64,000 nucleotides of DNA. Source: Ruminococcus sp. (lineage in GTDB: Bacteria > Bacillota > Clostridia > Oscillospirales > Ruminococcaceae). Below the pieces are notes generated by a model. It was not told the DNA's origin and made no database searches. It was given only the letters and a program-made list of their open reading frames with translations. Positions within the stretch are counted from its first letter, which is position 1. The number at the start of each line of letters is the position of its first letter. The translations under genes and the position numbers were made by a program. The stretch spans positions 471-64,470 of the forward strand of contig JAGAOV010000015.1 in NCBI GenBank assembly GCA_017623515.1, given 5' to 3'. This document shows positions 38,378 to 48,236 of the stretch, piece by piece.

Positions 38378-41152
38378 TTACTGCGCAGTACGCCAGTTTT
38401 CAAAGCTTTCCGCTGTTATTCCGGCGCAGACCTCTGCATAATATGTCAGAACAAGCACTGCATCATTTATTTCAATAGCATTATTCCTGTCCGTATCTGC
38501 TGCCGGAATCCACATTGCCATGTACTCATTCATTATCATTCCTGCGGTGTACTGTGCATATATTGACAATATTTCGCTTGCATCTGATATGGCTATCATG
38601 CCGTCGCCATCAATATCTCCGCACTGAACCGGTGCTGTCTGTGAAGCCTCGGTCGTACTTGTGCTTTCTGATACTGTCGTACATGTTGTCGTATGTGTAC
38701 TTTCAATGACGGTTACTGTTGTTGTGGTGGCGGTAGACGATGAAACAACAGATGATACAGGAGGTTCAATGACGGCTGCCTTTCCTTCAATTATTATATA
38801 CCCGTCCAGCAGATCGCATGTTTTCTCACCGGATACCGTATACACCAGTTGCTTTACTCCATTATTCTCCTCAAGCAGGGTTATTTTATATTCATCTCCG
38901 GAACATGCAGCCTGATCGACCTGAAATGTTATATATGCAAAAATACCATCCGGACAATACAGTTCGCTGCCTGTCACTCCTATTCCATGCCACATAATGC
39001 CCATGTTCTGATTTATTGCCGGTACATGAGAAAACTGACCTTCATTATTGATTATATGATCAATAATTTCACTGTTCAGCTTCACTGATTTCACAGCAAG
39101 CTCTGACGGATCAAAGGATATTCCATACCCCATACTCTTCCATCCGCCTGTATTTTTTATTGAAACAGGTATTTCCACTGTATATCCGCAGTTTCTCAGC
39201 TCATCTTCGGAAATCTTCACAGTCCCAAGCTCAAGAATACATTGATCGTCTTCAATACCGAACTGTTCAGAAGCTGTAGTTGTAGTTGTAGTTGTAGTCT
39301 GAGTGCATGTGCTTGTTGCAGGAAAATCCGCTTTGTCAAGCACCTCAAACGGATGACCGTAGATAAGAGTGTATTCATAAGCTGTTGAATCCTCATATCC
39401 GCATATAAGCGTTCCGGCAGAAACAAACTCCTCATGAAGCTCACACTCTTTATTATTAATAATTATCTTCTCAAGATTATCGCATTCTGCAAATGCACCT
39501 ATCTCTATATATTCTACGCTTTTCGGTATATTAAAAAGAGTTACGCCTGAAAATATAAATGCATCGGATTCAATTCCCTTTATGCCCTCTGAAATATTCA
39601 CCTCCGCAAGATTTTCACATCCTATAGCCATTCCCTCAGATATTATTCCTATACTGCCCGGCAGATCAAGCTGTGTAAGAGACAGACATTCCGCAAATGC
39701 GTATTCTCCTGCATACTGAAGTTGTTCAAGTCCGGTTATGCTTTCTGCTTTCCACAGATTTTCAAATGCGTAGGAGCTAAGGCTTAATGTTGAATCAGAA
39801 AGTATCACATTCTTTATAGTCTCATTTGACGCAAATGCTCCTCCGCCGATGACTTTTACTCCCTCCGGAATTTCTATATATTCATCTTCTCCGTAATATC
39901 CAAGAAGAATCGTACCATTATATATTACAAAGCTGCTGTCTCCTCTTGCTTCATAAAGCTCATCATAGAAAGCTGTATCAAAAAATGCACGTACTCCTAC
40001 ATCCAATACACTCTCAGGTATATTCACATCTCTAAGGCTCATACATGACTGGAATGCATCAGAGCCTATTTTAACAAGTCCCTCCGGAAGTGTTATGCTC
40101 TGAAGTGCAGTACATTTGTTGAACGCAAATGTTCCTATACGTGTTACCTTACTTCCCATTGTAACGCTGCTTAGTGACGTACAGCCCTGAAACGTATAGT
40201 CTGCTATTGATGTTATATGTATGCCAAGCGATACTGTCTGAAGGCTGCTGCATTTCTTGAATGCGGAAGAGCCTAGCTCCGTTACACTGTCCGGTATCGC
40301 AGCCTGCTTCAGAGATGTACATGACGAAAACGCACTGCTGCCTATACGCACTATGCCATCCCACAGGGTTATCTGTTCAAGTTCCGTACACCCTTGAAAT
40401 GCTCCCTTTCCAACTGACAGAACGGTGGCAGGTATTACTGCTCTCCTTATCATGCTGTCGGTAAAGGCATAGTCACCTATATTCTTCACGCCGTTCGGTA
40501 AAATCGCATCCGTAAGTGATGTACAGCCGTAAAAGCTTTTATTTCCTATATATCCAGTACTGCTTGTCATTACAGCAGTTTTCAGATCCTTATTTTCCTT
40601 ACAGGCTTCATCAGCTATTACACGCACTGTCTCCGGTACATAAAGCTCCTCCACAGAATCTGATACTGAAACAAGTACGGTATCATCAAGTATTACCAGT
40701 TCGTCTGCTTTATGAGCCTCCATCCATGCCGTTTGCTCAAATGCACCTGCTCCTACTGACTTAACAATGCCCTCGATCTCTATTTGTTCAAGAGATACAC
40801 ACCCTTTGAACGCATTCGCTCCGATCTTCTGGATCGTTTCAGGCATATTCACTCTTGTCATACCCGTCTGTTCACTGAATGCGCCATCTGCTATCTCCAC
40901 TACACTCATTCCTGAATAAACGTCAGGTATAACCAGCTCACCTATACATTCTCCTACAGTACCTGTCACCATAAGCACAGAAAGCGTATCATACTGCTCA
41001 TAAATAAGCGTTCCATCCGACATTTGTGCCGTTTCTGCGTATGCCTTTTCTGATGCAATACTTGTGCTTGCCGAAAAACATCCTGCTGTCCATCCAACAC
41101 AAACAGCAACTAATAATGCAAATCCCCTTTTTCCTTTCTTTAGATTTTTCAT
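38378..41152 (-). CDS. Secreted BspA-type LRR protein with cohesin-like domain and C-terminal dockerin (start uncertain, frame open to 41263)
   Basis: Signal peptide; many IGxxAFxxCxxL repeats; Thr linkers flanking VEIPVSIKN…ISFDPSEL…ITFQV (cohesin-like); GDIDGDG…DASEIL…ADTDRNN…DAVLVLTYYA dockerin. Confidence 0.8.
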   Translation of the reverse strand: MKNLKKGKRGFALLVAVCVGWTAGCFSASTSIASEKAYAETAQMSDGTLIYEQYDTLSVLMVTGTVGECIGELVIPDVYSGMSVVEIADGAFSEQTGMTRVNMPETIQKIGANAFKGCVSLEQIEIEGIVKSVGAGAFEQTAWMEAHKADELVILDDTVLVSVSDSVEELYVPETVRVIADEACKENKDLKTAVMTSSTGYIGNKSFYGCTSLTDAILPNGVKNIGDYAFTDSMIRRAVIPATVLSVGKGAFQGCTELEQITLWDGIVRIGSSAFSSCTSLKQAAIPDSVTELGSSAFKKCSSLQTVSLGIHITSIADYTFQGCTSLSSVTMGSKVTRIGTFAFNKCTALQSITLPEGLVKIGSDAFQSCMSLRDVNIPESVLDVGVRAFFDTAFYDELYEARGDSSFVIYNGTILLGYYGEDEYIEIPEGVKVIGGGAFASNETIKNVILSDSTLSLSSYAFENLWKAESITGLEQLQYAGEYAFAECLSLTQLDLPGSIGIISEGMAIGCENLAEVNISEGIKGIESDAFIFSGVTLFNIPKSVEYIEIGAFAECDNLEKIIINNKECELHEEFVSAGTLICGYEDSTAYEYTLIYGHPFEVLDKADFPATSTCTQTTTTTTTTASEQFGIEDDQCILELGTVKISEDELRNCGYTVEIPVSIKNTGGWKSMGYGISFDPSELAVKSVKLNSEIIDHIINNEGQFSHVPAINQNMGIMWHGIGVTGSELYCPDGIFAYITFQVDQAACSGDEYKITLLEENNGVKQLVYTVSGEKTCDLLDGYIIIEGKAAVIEPPVSSVVSSSTATTTTVTVIESTHTTTCTTVSESTSTTEASQTAPVQCGDIDGDGMIAISDASEILSIYAQYTAGMIMNEYMAMWIPAADTDRNNAIEINDAVLVLTYYAEVCAGITAESFENWRTAQ

Positions 41153-41237
41153 TGCTCCACATCCATTCTCTTTTTCTTTAGTTTCAACCTTTTTCTCATC
41201 ACTTTTTTCAACCACATCCCCCCTTGTTATACGTCCA

Positions 41238-42557
41238 TCACATTCCTGCACCATTTTCCGCATATATCCTCAATATTTCAGTTGCATCTGCAATATCAAG
41301 GCTGTTGTCCTCATTTATATCACCTGCAAATTGTTCATATTCACTCGGCTCATGCATTGTACCCGATCCCATAGACGCATAAATTGCAAGTACCTGCGTT
41401 GCATCACTTATATCTACATATGTATCTCCGTTTATATCTCCTGCCAAATACGGAATAACCACAAACTGCCGTTCATAACTCTGTGCGTATATCTGAGCTG
41501 TAGACTCCCTCAATCCATAAATCACTGCATTAGTATCTATCGTTCCGCTTGAATCCGCTATTTTGCAGTCTTCATTATACACCGACACCTTATACAGACT
41601 GCTGCAATTTCTGAATGCGTCTGTGCCTATTGAAATAACTGTAGACCTTACAGAAAATTCTGTAAGGGAAATACATCCGTAAAACGCCTCATTTCCTATT
41701 TCACGTACCGATGACGGAAGATGTATTTTTGAAAGACTTGAACATCCTTGGAATACCGCAGTCTCTATACGGCTTATATTTCTCGGAAGATCTACCTGTA
41801 TAAGTCCTGTACAGCCTACAAATGCATGGTTGCCTATTGATGTAACGCTGTCCGCTATATCTATCTTCTGAAGTGCTGCGCACCAGTTAAAGGCATATTC
41901 TCCCAATGTCTCCACTCCATCTGGTATCCGGCATTCTGTTAGCTTACGACAGCCCGAAAATGCAAGTCCTCCTATATTGCGCACTGTTTCCGGTATCTGT
42001 ACTGACATTATTTCAGTACAGTTTTCAAATGCCCCTCCTGCTATTGCAGTCGTTCCATCGGGGATAACAGCCTCCAATGTACTTCCCTGAAATCCTACCA
42101 CAATATTATTCCCAAGTATCACACAGCCCTCTGGCTGATTCTTCATCCAAAGCGTTTCCTTGAATGATTTCGTTCCTATATACGTAACTGTTTCCGGTAT
42201 CTCTATTGTCTCCAAGGCTCTGCACTGATAAAAGGCATAGTCTCCTATGGTATGGACACTTGCCGGCAAGCTCACCGATTTAAGACGTTCTTTCTTCTGA
42301 AATGCACTTACTCCTATTTCCGTTACAGGCATACCGTTTATTTCCTCCGGTATGTTCGCTTCTTCTATCGTTGCTCTTGATCGTGTTATTACTATTTCAT
42401 CATGATTGTTTATCTGATAGTATATATTATCGTTGTACAAAAATTCTTCTGAATCGTCTGCATAAACCTCTGTATGAAACGGCATTATCACCGATATGAG
42501 TCCGATAAGCAGACATACTATTGCTATTCCTACTCTGTAACTTTGCAGAGGAAACAC
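41238..42557 (-). CDS. Secreted BspA-type LRR protein with C-terminal dockerin
   Basis: Signal peptide, LRR repeats, GDINGDTYVDISDA…GDINEDNSLDIADA. Confidence 0.85.
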   Translation of the reverse strand: MFPLQSYRVGIAIVCLLIGLISVIMPFHTEVYADDSEEFLYNDNIYYQINNHDEIVITRSRATIEEANIPEEINGMPVTEIGVSAFQKKERLKSVSLPASVHTIGDYAFYQCRALETIEIPETVTYIGTKSFKETLWMKNQPEGCVILGNNIVVGFQGSTLEAVIPDGTTAIAGGAFENCTEIMSVQIPETVRNIGGLAFSGCRKLTECRIPDGVETLGEYAFNWCAALQKIDIADSVTSIGNHAFVGCTGLIQVDLPRNISRIETAVFQGCSSLSKIHLPSSVREIGNEAFYGCISLTEFSVRSTVISIGTDAFRNCSSLYKVSVYNEDCKIADSSGTIDTNAVIYGLRESTAQIYAQSYERQFVVIPYLAGDINGDTYVDISDATQVLAIYASMGSGTMHEPSEYEQFAGDINEDNSLDIADATEILRIYAENGAGM

Positions 42558-42723
42558 CTCCTTACGTCAGAGATACTCAAAATGTCTCTCCTCTAACTAT
42601 ATGTTACCACAAACATTCCGCCATGTCAATTAATCTGTCCCAAAAACTGCTCCATTACCCCAAAATGCTCCCAATCATTACGAATCGGGAGCATTTTATC
42701 ATAGCTGTATGCTAATCATTTTA

Positions 42724-43101
42724 TCAGAATACATTTGCAAAATCAGGTGTTTCGCTTTCTGTTATATTTCTGAGCATATATTCCGCCTGCGCAAGCTCTG
42801 CTGCAAATTCATCACAGTCCTCCTCAAGCAAAGGTTCAAGCCGCATTATAATATTGCTTGTCTCTGCAAGCTTTTCATAGGATACACACATTTTCAGTAT
42901 TCCCTGAAAGCTTTCCCATCTTCTCTCTATCTCTCCGCAAAGTGCTTTCGCCTCTTCCAGATCGCCATTCTCCTTCGCATGCCTTAGCTGTTCTAGAGTG
43001 TTCTGAACATGGCTACAGCTTCTGTTTACACAAACAACTGAACCTACACTGAGTAATATTAGTGCCGCAAGAATACCAAGAGCTATACGCACTCTCGTCA
43101 T
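42724..43101 (-). CDS. DUF4363-like small membrane-anchored protein
   Basis: N-terminal TM, helical body, ends NVF; follows DUF421. Confidence 0.65.
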   Translation of the reverse strand: MTRVRIALGILAALILLSVGSVVCVNRSCSHVQNTLEQLRHAKENGDLEEAKALCGEIERRWESFQGILKMCVSYEKLAETSNIIMRLEPLLEEDCDEFAAELAQAEYMLRNITESETPDFANVF

Positions 43102-43117
43102 ACTTCATCTGCTCCTT

Positions 43118-43786
43118 TCATTCCCTTTTTATCACTGGTGAAAGCTCCTTGCCGTCTGTCATTGCAAGAAAAGTTTCCTCCGGAGTAAGTCCATGCTCCT
43201 TTAACTGACGGTTCAGCCAACGCTTGTCCCGCCCTATTGCTGTAAGTGCCTTTTCTATAACAATTCCATCCGATACTACAACTGACGGCGGATTCTCCGA
43301 AGGTTTATCAAGCTCTATGTCAAGTTGTGTTAAAGGTCTGTATGCAGATTTAGGATATACAGAAACTGTTCCGGTTGTCTCCACTATGGCAAACTGTACT
43401 TCCTCCGGCGTGAATATCTGCTGGCTGCGCAGTGCTACAAGCAGATCATCTATAGTAAATCTAAGTTCACGCATGGTCTTCTGCACGATTTTTCCATTTC
43501 GTATTATAACTTTCGGACTGCCTGAAATAAGCTTCCTCAGCTTCTTCGACCGGAGACTCAGCCATGACATTATCACCTCAAAGCATACAAGGGCAAGTAT
43601 GGGAAGTATTCCTGTAAGCAGAGGAACAGAAGGATTTTCCAGCGGAAGCGTTGCTATATTTGATATAAGAATGGTTATTACCAGCTCCGATGGCTGAAGC
43701 TCTCCAAGCTGCCTTTTTCCCATAAGACGTACGGAAAATATTACAACTATATACAACAGTGCCGAACGAATAAAAATAATACTCAC
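43118..43786 (-). CDS. DUF421 (YetF) membrane protein
   Basis: RLMGKRQLGEL, AIVETTGTVSV; GTG after GAGGTG. Confidence 0.85.
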   Translation of the reverse strand: MSIIFIRSALLYIVVIFSVRLMGKRQLGELQPSELVITILISNIATLPLENPSVPLLTGILPILALVCFEVIMSWLSLRSKKLRKLISGSPKVIIRNGKIVQKTMRELRFTIDDLLVALRSQQIFTPEEVQFAIVETTGTVSVYPKSAYRPLTQLDIELDKPSENPPSVVVSDGIVIEKALTAIGRDKRWLNRQLKEHGLTPEETFLAMTDGKELSPVIKRE

Positions 43787-43864
43787 AGCGTCACCTCGCA
43801 AATAGGCAGCATCGTGAAACGGTGCTGCCTTGTTCTGCTTATATTATGTACTGCTGTCCGGAAA

Positions 43865-44371
43865 TTATTCTTTCTTTGCTGCGGCTTCTGTACTCTCCGT
43901 CTTACGGAATACAAACAGCTTGCTTATTACATAGTTTATCACAAGAATAATTATCTGTGCTGCAAGTGTTACCCAGAATTCGCTCCAGCGCAGCCATCCG
44001 ATAAATATCATTGTGATTCCAACATCAATGATCCATGAAAGAAGTCTGCCTGCATAGAAATTCATAAATTCCTTCCAGAACTCTTTTCTTGTATTCGCTG
44101 TACTCTTGAATACATAAGCACGGTTAGTGAAAAATGCAAAGGTTACTGCGCATATCCATGAGAATGTTGAACAAAGTCCGGAATATACCGTGTAGAAGTC
44201 CCCCATTGCAGCCTCATCTGCAAGATACAGCGGCACGAGCTTTGTAATCATGGATACCAGTGTGGTAAGTGCGCCGTAAAACAGATACAGCCATATTTCC
44301 TCATATTTGAAGTAAATATTCTGTATCGGCTTGGGCATGAGCTTCACGAACCATAAAATCAGTCGATTCAT
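43865..44371 (-). CDS. GtrA family membrane protein
   Basis: YLFYGALTTLV, FAFFTNRAYVF, NYVISKLFVF. Confidence 0.85.
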   Translation of the reverse strand: MNRLILWFVKLMPKPIQNIYFKYEEIWLYLFYGALTTLVSMITKLVPLYLADEAAMGDFYTVYSGLCSTFSWICAVTFAFFTNRAYVFKSTANTRKEFWKEFMNFYAGRLLSWIIDVGITMIFIGWLRWSEFWVTLAAQIIILVINYVISKLFVFRKTESTEAAAKKE

Positions 44372-44491
44372 TTTGATTTTTCCTTTCTTTTCGGTGCAAA
44401 ATACCGAATTTTTCTCTTTTCGCAAAAAGCTCTTGATTCTCCATGCGAAATATGATAGTATTATAGCATTATATTATTAAAAAATCAACCC

Positions 44492-45754
44492 TTGGAGGAC
44501 TACATGATTATTCTTTTACTTATACTTCTTGTTCTTTCCGCACTTTTTTCAAGTTCGGAAACAGCCTTTGCCTGCGTTAATAAAATCAGACTCAGGCACA
44601 GTGCCGATCAGGGCGACAAACGTGCCGCACGTGCACTTAAAATCGCTGAACGCTATGAGGACGCTCTCACTGCTATTCTCGTAGGCAACAACATTGCAAA
44701 TATCGGTTCATCTTCTCTGGCAACTGTTCTCTTCACCCAGTGGGTAGGTGATGCAGGTCCTGTGGTTTCTACTGTTGTTATGACTATTCTGGTACTTACA
44801 TTCTGCGAGGTTCTTCCCAAGTCTTACGCTAAATCTCATGCCGATCAGGTGGCACTTGCCTTCTCAGCAGGACTTTCCGCACTTATCGTTCTTATGACTC
44901 CATTTGTAAAGATATTCGATCTCCTGTCACGTGTTTTCAAAAACGGTGATGATAAACCCTCTGTTACTGAGGACGAGCTTAAATATATCATTGACGAGAT
45001 TGAGGAAGAGGGCGTTCTTGAGGAACAGGAAAGCGATCTTGTTATCTCTGCCCTCCAGTTTGACGAAACTACTGTAAACGAAATACTTATCCCAAGAGTA
45101 AAGGTAGTGGGCGTACCTGTTGACGCTGACCTTGAAACTATCAAGAATATGTTCCTCACAAGTCATTTCTCACGTTTCCCTGTGTATGACAAGACTATCG
45201 ACAATATTGTGGGCATTATCACAAACAAGGAGTTCTTCCGCCTTATACACGGCGTTTACCAGAGCCTTGACGATATTATGCAGGATGTTATTTATCTTCC
45301 GTCTACAAAGCTTATAAGCGAAATTCTTCAGGAAATGAAGAAGTCAAAGACACATATGGCTGTCGTTGTTGACCAGTACGGCGGCACTAAGGGTATCGTT
45401 ACTCTGGAGGATATTCTGGAAGAGCTTGTTGGTGACATCTACGACGAAAGTGACGAGATAGTAAACGAGTTCGTGAAAATTGAACCTCATACCTATATCG
45501 TTGAGGGTTCATTCAGCATAAGCGATATGCGTGACGGTCTGGATGAAGAGGATATTCCAACAAATGAGCCGGATGCAACATCAACATCTGTAGGCGGCTG
45601 GATAACTGAGCTGCTGGGATGTATTCCAGATAAGGGGGCAGCCGCAGAATGGGACAGATTCAGATTCACTGTACTTGAAGCGGATAACCTTGCAGTAAAC
45701 AAGGTAAAGCTTTACGTTGAACCTCTGCCGAATAAGGATAATAACGAGGACTGA
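44492..45754 (+). CDS. HlyC/CorC (CNNM) family transporter with CBS domains
   Basis: SALFSSSETA, EVLPKS, SRFPVY, VDQYGGTKGIVTLEDILEE. Confidence 0.9.
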   Translation: MEDYMIILLLILLVLSALFSSSETAFACVNKIRLRHSADQGDKRAARALKIAERYEDALTAILVGNNIANIGSSSLATVLFTQWVGDAGPVVSTVVMTILVLTFCEVLPKSYAKSHADQVALAFSAGLSALIVLMTPFVKIFDLLSRVFKNGDDKPSVTEDELKYIIDEIEEEGVLEEQESDLVISALQFDETTVNEILIPRVKVVGVPVDADLETIKNMFLTSHFSRFPVYDKTIDNIVGIITNKEFFRLIHGVYQSLDDIMQDVIYLPSTKLISEILQEMKKSKTHMAVVVDQYGGTKGIVTLEDILEELVGDIYDESDEIVNEFVKIEPHTYIVEGSFSISDMRDGLDEEDIPTNEPDATSTSVGGWITELLGCIPDKGAAAEWDRFRFTVLEADNLAVNKVKLYVEPLPNKDNNED

Positions 45755-45860
45755 TCCTCCTGATAATACGCTAATTATCGTTTAACATTAAAATTTTATC
45801 GTTTATATTGCAAAAGAAGCAGTGGTATATGCCACTGCTTTTATTGTGCAATATTACATT

Positions 45861-45914
45861 TTTATCGAAAAACGATAAAAAGTACTTGACTTTCATTAAG
45901 TGACGTGATATACT
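45861..45914 (+). promoter_or_regulatory. Palindromic operator plus sigma-A promoter of the DUF2975-HTH pair
   Basis: TTTATCG-N5-CGATAAA (45861-45879) next to TTGACT-17-TATACT (45886-45914); related TTATCGTTT sites near 45775 and 45796. Confidence 0.65.
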
Positions 45915-45979
45915 GTATACATCAGCTGAGAACGCAAACCCCAGAAACCAAAATCAAAACATTTACGGAGGTATTTATT

Positions 45980-46549
45980 ATGAAAACAACTACTATCGCA
46001 AGCAAAGAGGAACTGAACCTGAAAATCAAGAAGTCCAGCAGGATAGCAACTGTTCTGGCAAGGATCACAGGTATTGTCGGAATCATGGGAAGCATTTTTG
46101 CTCTTTTTCTCATGGTAATGGTTATAGTGGATGATTCAGCATTCACCACTCTGATGCCCACAGGTATGACGGTTGATACTATGGACGGCTATCTGATCCA
46201 GACACCGGGAGACTATATTGCCGGATTTACCAATGGAATCGCACAGTTCCTGATATATTCTGCATGTGCATTCCTTGCAGCAGGCATATTCAAGCGCATT
46301 TCCGAGGATGGTCTTCCCTTCAAGGAAGAGAACACAAAGAGCCTGAAAATAATCGGCATTCTTATCATTGCAGCAAGCATTGTTCCCTCTATCTTGGCAC
46401 AGATCGCAGGCGTTTTAGCAGGCCCGATCACAACGGTTATGGTGACATTCAATCTTGATACTGCAATGATCGGCGCACTGTTCTTTATGATCGCAATGAT
46501 CTTTGATTACGGTGCTAAGCTTCAGCAGGAAAACGACGACATGGTATAA
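45980..46549 (+). CDS. DUF2975 membrane protein
   Basis: Four TM segments, PF…ENTKSLK, IFDYGAKLQQEND; GGAGGT RBS. Confidence 0.85.
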   Translation: MKTTTIASKEELNLKIKKSSRIATVLARITGIVGIMGSIFALFLMVMVIVDDSAFTTLMPTGMTVDTMDGYLIQTPGDYIAGFTNGIAQFLIYSACAFLAAGIFKRISEDGLPFKEENTKSLKIIGILIIAASIVPSILAQIAGVLAGPITTVMVTFNLDTAMIGALFFMIAMIFDYGAKLQQENDDMV

Positions 46550-46559
46550 GGAGGTAACT

Positions 46560-46772
46560 ATGGCTATTATTGTAAGACTTGACCGTGTTATGGCGGACAG
46601 AAAAATGAGCCTTAATGAGCTGAGTGAAAAGGTAGGCGTGAGCAACGTGAACCTCTCCAAGCTTAAAACAGGCAAGGCAAGTGCAATACGCTTCTCAACT
46701 CTGGAGGCGATATGCAAGGCTCTGGATTGTCAGCCGGGTGATATTCTTGAGTTTGTGATGGATGAGGAGTAA
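46560..46772 (+). CDS. Xre/Cro HTH regulator (YozG-like)
   Basis: MAIIVRLD…NLSKLKTGKA…IRFSTLEAICKALDCQPGDIL. Confidence 0.9.
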   Translation: MAIIVRLDRVMADRKMSLNELSEKVGVSNVNLSKLKTGKASAIRFSTLEAICKALDCQPGDILEFVMDEE

Positions 46773-47003
46773 GTTTTAGTTTATATCTGCCGCAGGCGCA
46801 CCGACTAAGGCTCCCCTTAGTAAGGGGAGCTGTCAGCGGAGCTGACTGAGGGGATTGTGCAAGGACAAGCAAACTTTAATTCTAAGTCTGCTTCGCTGGG
46901 TACAATCCCCTCCGACTTCGCTTCGCTCAGCCACCTCCCCTTACTAAGGGGAGGCTTTCAGCTTGCTCTTTTAAGCTAATTAACCCAACTGCAAACTATC
47001 TTT
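46771..47003. repeat. REPIN/MITE-like element, copy C (~233 bp)
   Basis: Arms at 46807-46958 with CTCCCCTTAGTAAGGGGAG palindromes; flanks homologous to copies B and E. Confidence 0.85.
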
Positions 47004-47030
47004 TGCAAAAGCAATCATTAAATAAAAAAC

Positions 47031-47061
47031 AAACCGGCAGGAACATAACTCCTGCCGGTTT
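47031..47061. terminator. Terminator after corA
   Basis: AAACCGGCAGGA…TCCTGCCGGTTT hairpin. Confidence 0.8.
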
Positions 47062-47067
47062 ATTGTA

Positions 47068-48006
47068 TCATCTTCTATTGAATCTTCCGAATTTGAATAG
47101 TATAAGTGCCGCAACTGCCGTAGCAACTACTGACAGTATCGTCGGGAACAGGGTGTAATCTGAGAATGGCAGATCCAGCGTATTCATTCCGTAGAAGCTG
47201 TAGACCATGGTCGGTATTGCAAGCACAATGGTAACAGTGGTAAGTCTCCACATGACGAAATTCAGGTTATTGGAAATAACCGAACCGCATGCGTCTACCA
47301 TACCGGCAAGAATTCCTGAGTAAATGCTCGCCATTTCCTGAGCCTGTTTAAGCTCGATGAGAACATCCTCCAGAAGCTCCTGATCCTCCTCGTAAAGCTT
47401 TATAACTCGTCCTCGGAGAATTCTGTTTACCGTTACATCATTTGATTTAAGGGACGTTGTAAAGTAGACCAGAGACTTTTCAAGCTCCATCATCTGAATA
47501 AGCTGCTGGTTCTTTACTGCGCCGTGGAGCTGCCTTTCAAGCACGTCTGATGCCTTGTCGATCTGTTTCAGGTATACAAGGTATGTGGAGGTTATGTGCA
47601 TCATAAGCTTCAGCACAAACTGAGTTCGAAAGCTTGTTTGCAGATTGCGCAGTCTGCCTGCTACAATGTCATCCACAACCTTGCTGCTTCTGAGTGAAAT
47701 TGTAAACACCTGCTGTTCTGTAATGATTATGCCCAGAGGCATGGTGTAAAAACGGAGTGTTTCGTTCTTGGATATTTCAGATACCGCTGTATCCACGATG
47801 ATAAGCGTCTGATTCTCCTCACGCTCCACTCGTGATGATTCCTCCTCGTCCAATGAGGATTTGAGAAATCCGCTGTCAAGTCCATAGTCCTCGATCAGCA
47901 TTTTCATTTCCTTTGCAGTAGGATCAACAACAGACACCCAGCAGCCTGCTTCCATTCTGTCAAGCTCCTTGAGTCTGCCGTTCTCTGTCTTGTAATATTC
48001 TATCAC
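47068..48006 (-). CDS. corA: CorA family magnesium transporter
   Basis: ISNNLN…LT…PT…YGMN signature, two C-terminal TMs; GTG after AAGGAAG. Confidence 0.9.
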   Translation of the reverse strand: MIEYYKTENGRLKELDRMEAGCWVSVVDPTAKEMKMLIEDYGLDSGFLKSSLDEEESSRVEREENQTLIIVDTAVSEISKNETLRFYTMPLGIIITEQQVFTISLRSSKVVDDIVAGRLRNLQTSFRTQFVLKLMMHITSTYLVYLKQIDKASDVLERQLHGAVKNQQLIQMMELEKSLVYFTTSLKSNDVTVNRILRGRVIKLYEEDQELLEDVLIELKQAQEMASIYSGILAGMVDACGSVISNNLNFVMWRLTTVTIVLAIPTMVYSFYGMNTLDLPFSDYTLFPTILSVVATAVAALILFKFGRFNRR

Positions 48007-48061
48007 GGTTACTTCCTTTCCGTAAAGACAGCAACCGTCAGGGTACATCTCCCCGCTGCCT

Positions 48062-48145
48062 TTACTTTTTTAGTCGTGCCGCCTTTTCACAAAGCAGCAT
48101 TCCTGCACCAAAATTGTTATCCGCAGGATACGGGTCAGCGTTCAT
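48062..48145 (-). CDS. Putative corA leader peptide MNADPYPADNNFGAGMLLCEKAARLKK
   Basis: GGAGGT RBS 5 nt before ATG, just downstream of a TTGTCA-17-TATAAT promoter (48217-48189). Confidence 0.5.
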   Translation of the reverse strand: MNADPYPADNNFGAGMLLCEKAARLKK

Positions 48146-48236
48146 AATGTACCTCCGATTCTAAAATTTGCGATCAATCGCTCTTTTTATTATAGCAAAA
48201 TTCCCCTTCCATGACAATAGCGAAAATGAAAATTTT

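Noticed and set aside
46663-46872. Small ORFs overlapping the repeats (also 48978-49187, 51983-52174, 52264-52476)
   Set aside because: Translations of repeat DNA giving recurring PLTKG/PLSKG peptides; not genes
48007-48185. M-box (ykoK) riboswitch upstream of corA
   Set aside because: I could not recognise its conserved core; an RBS-led uORF occupies the leader. An Rfam scan would be decisive
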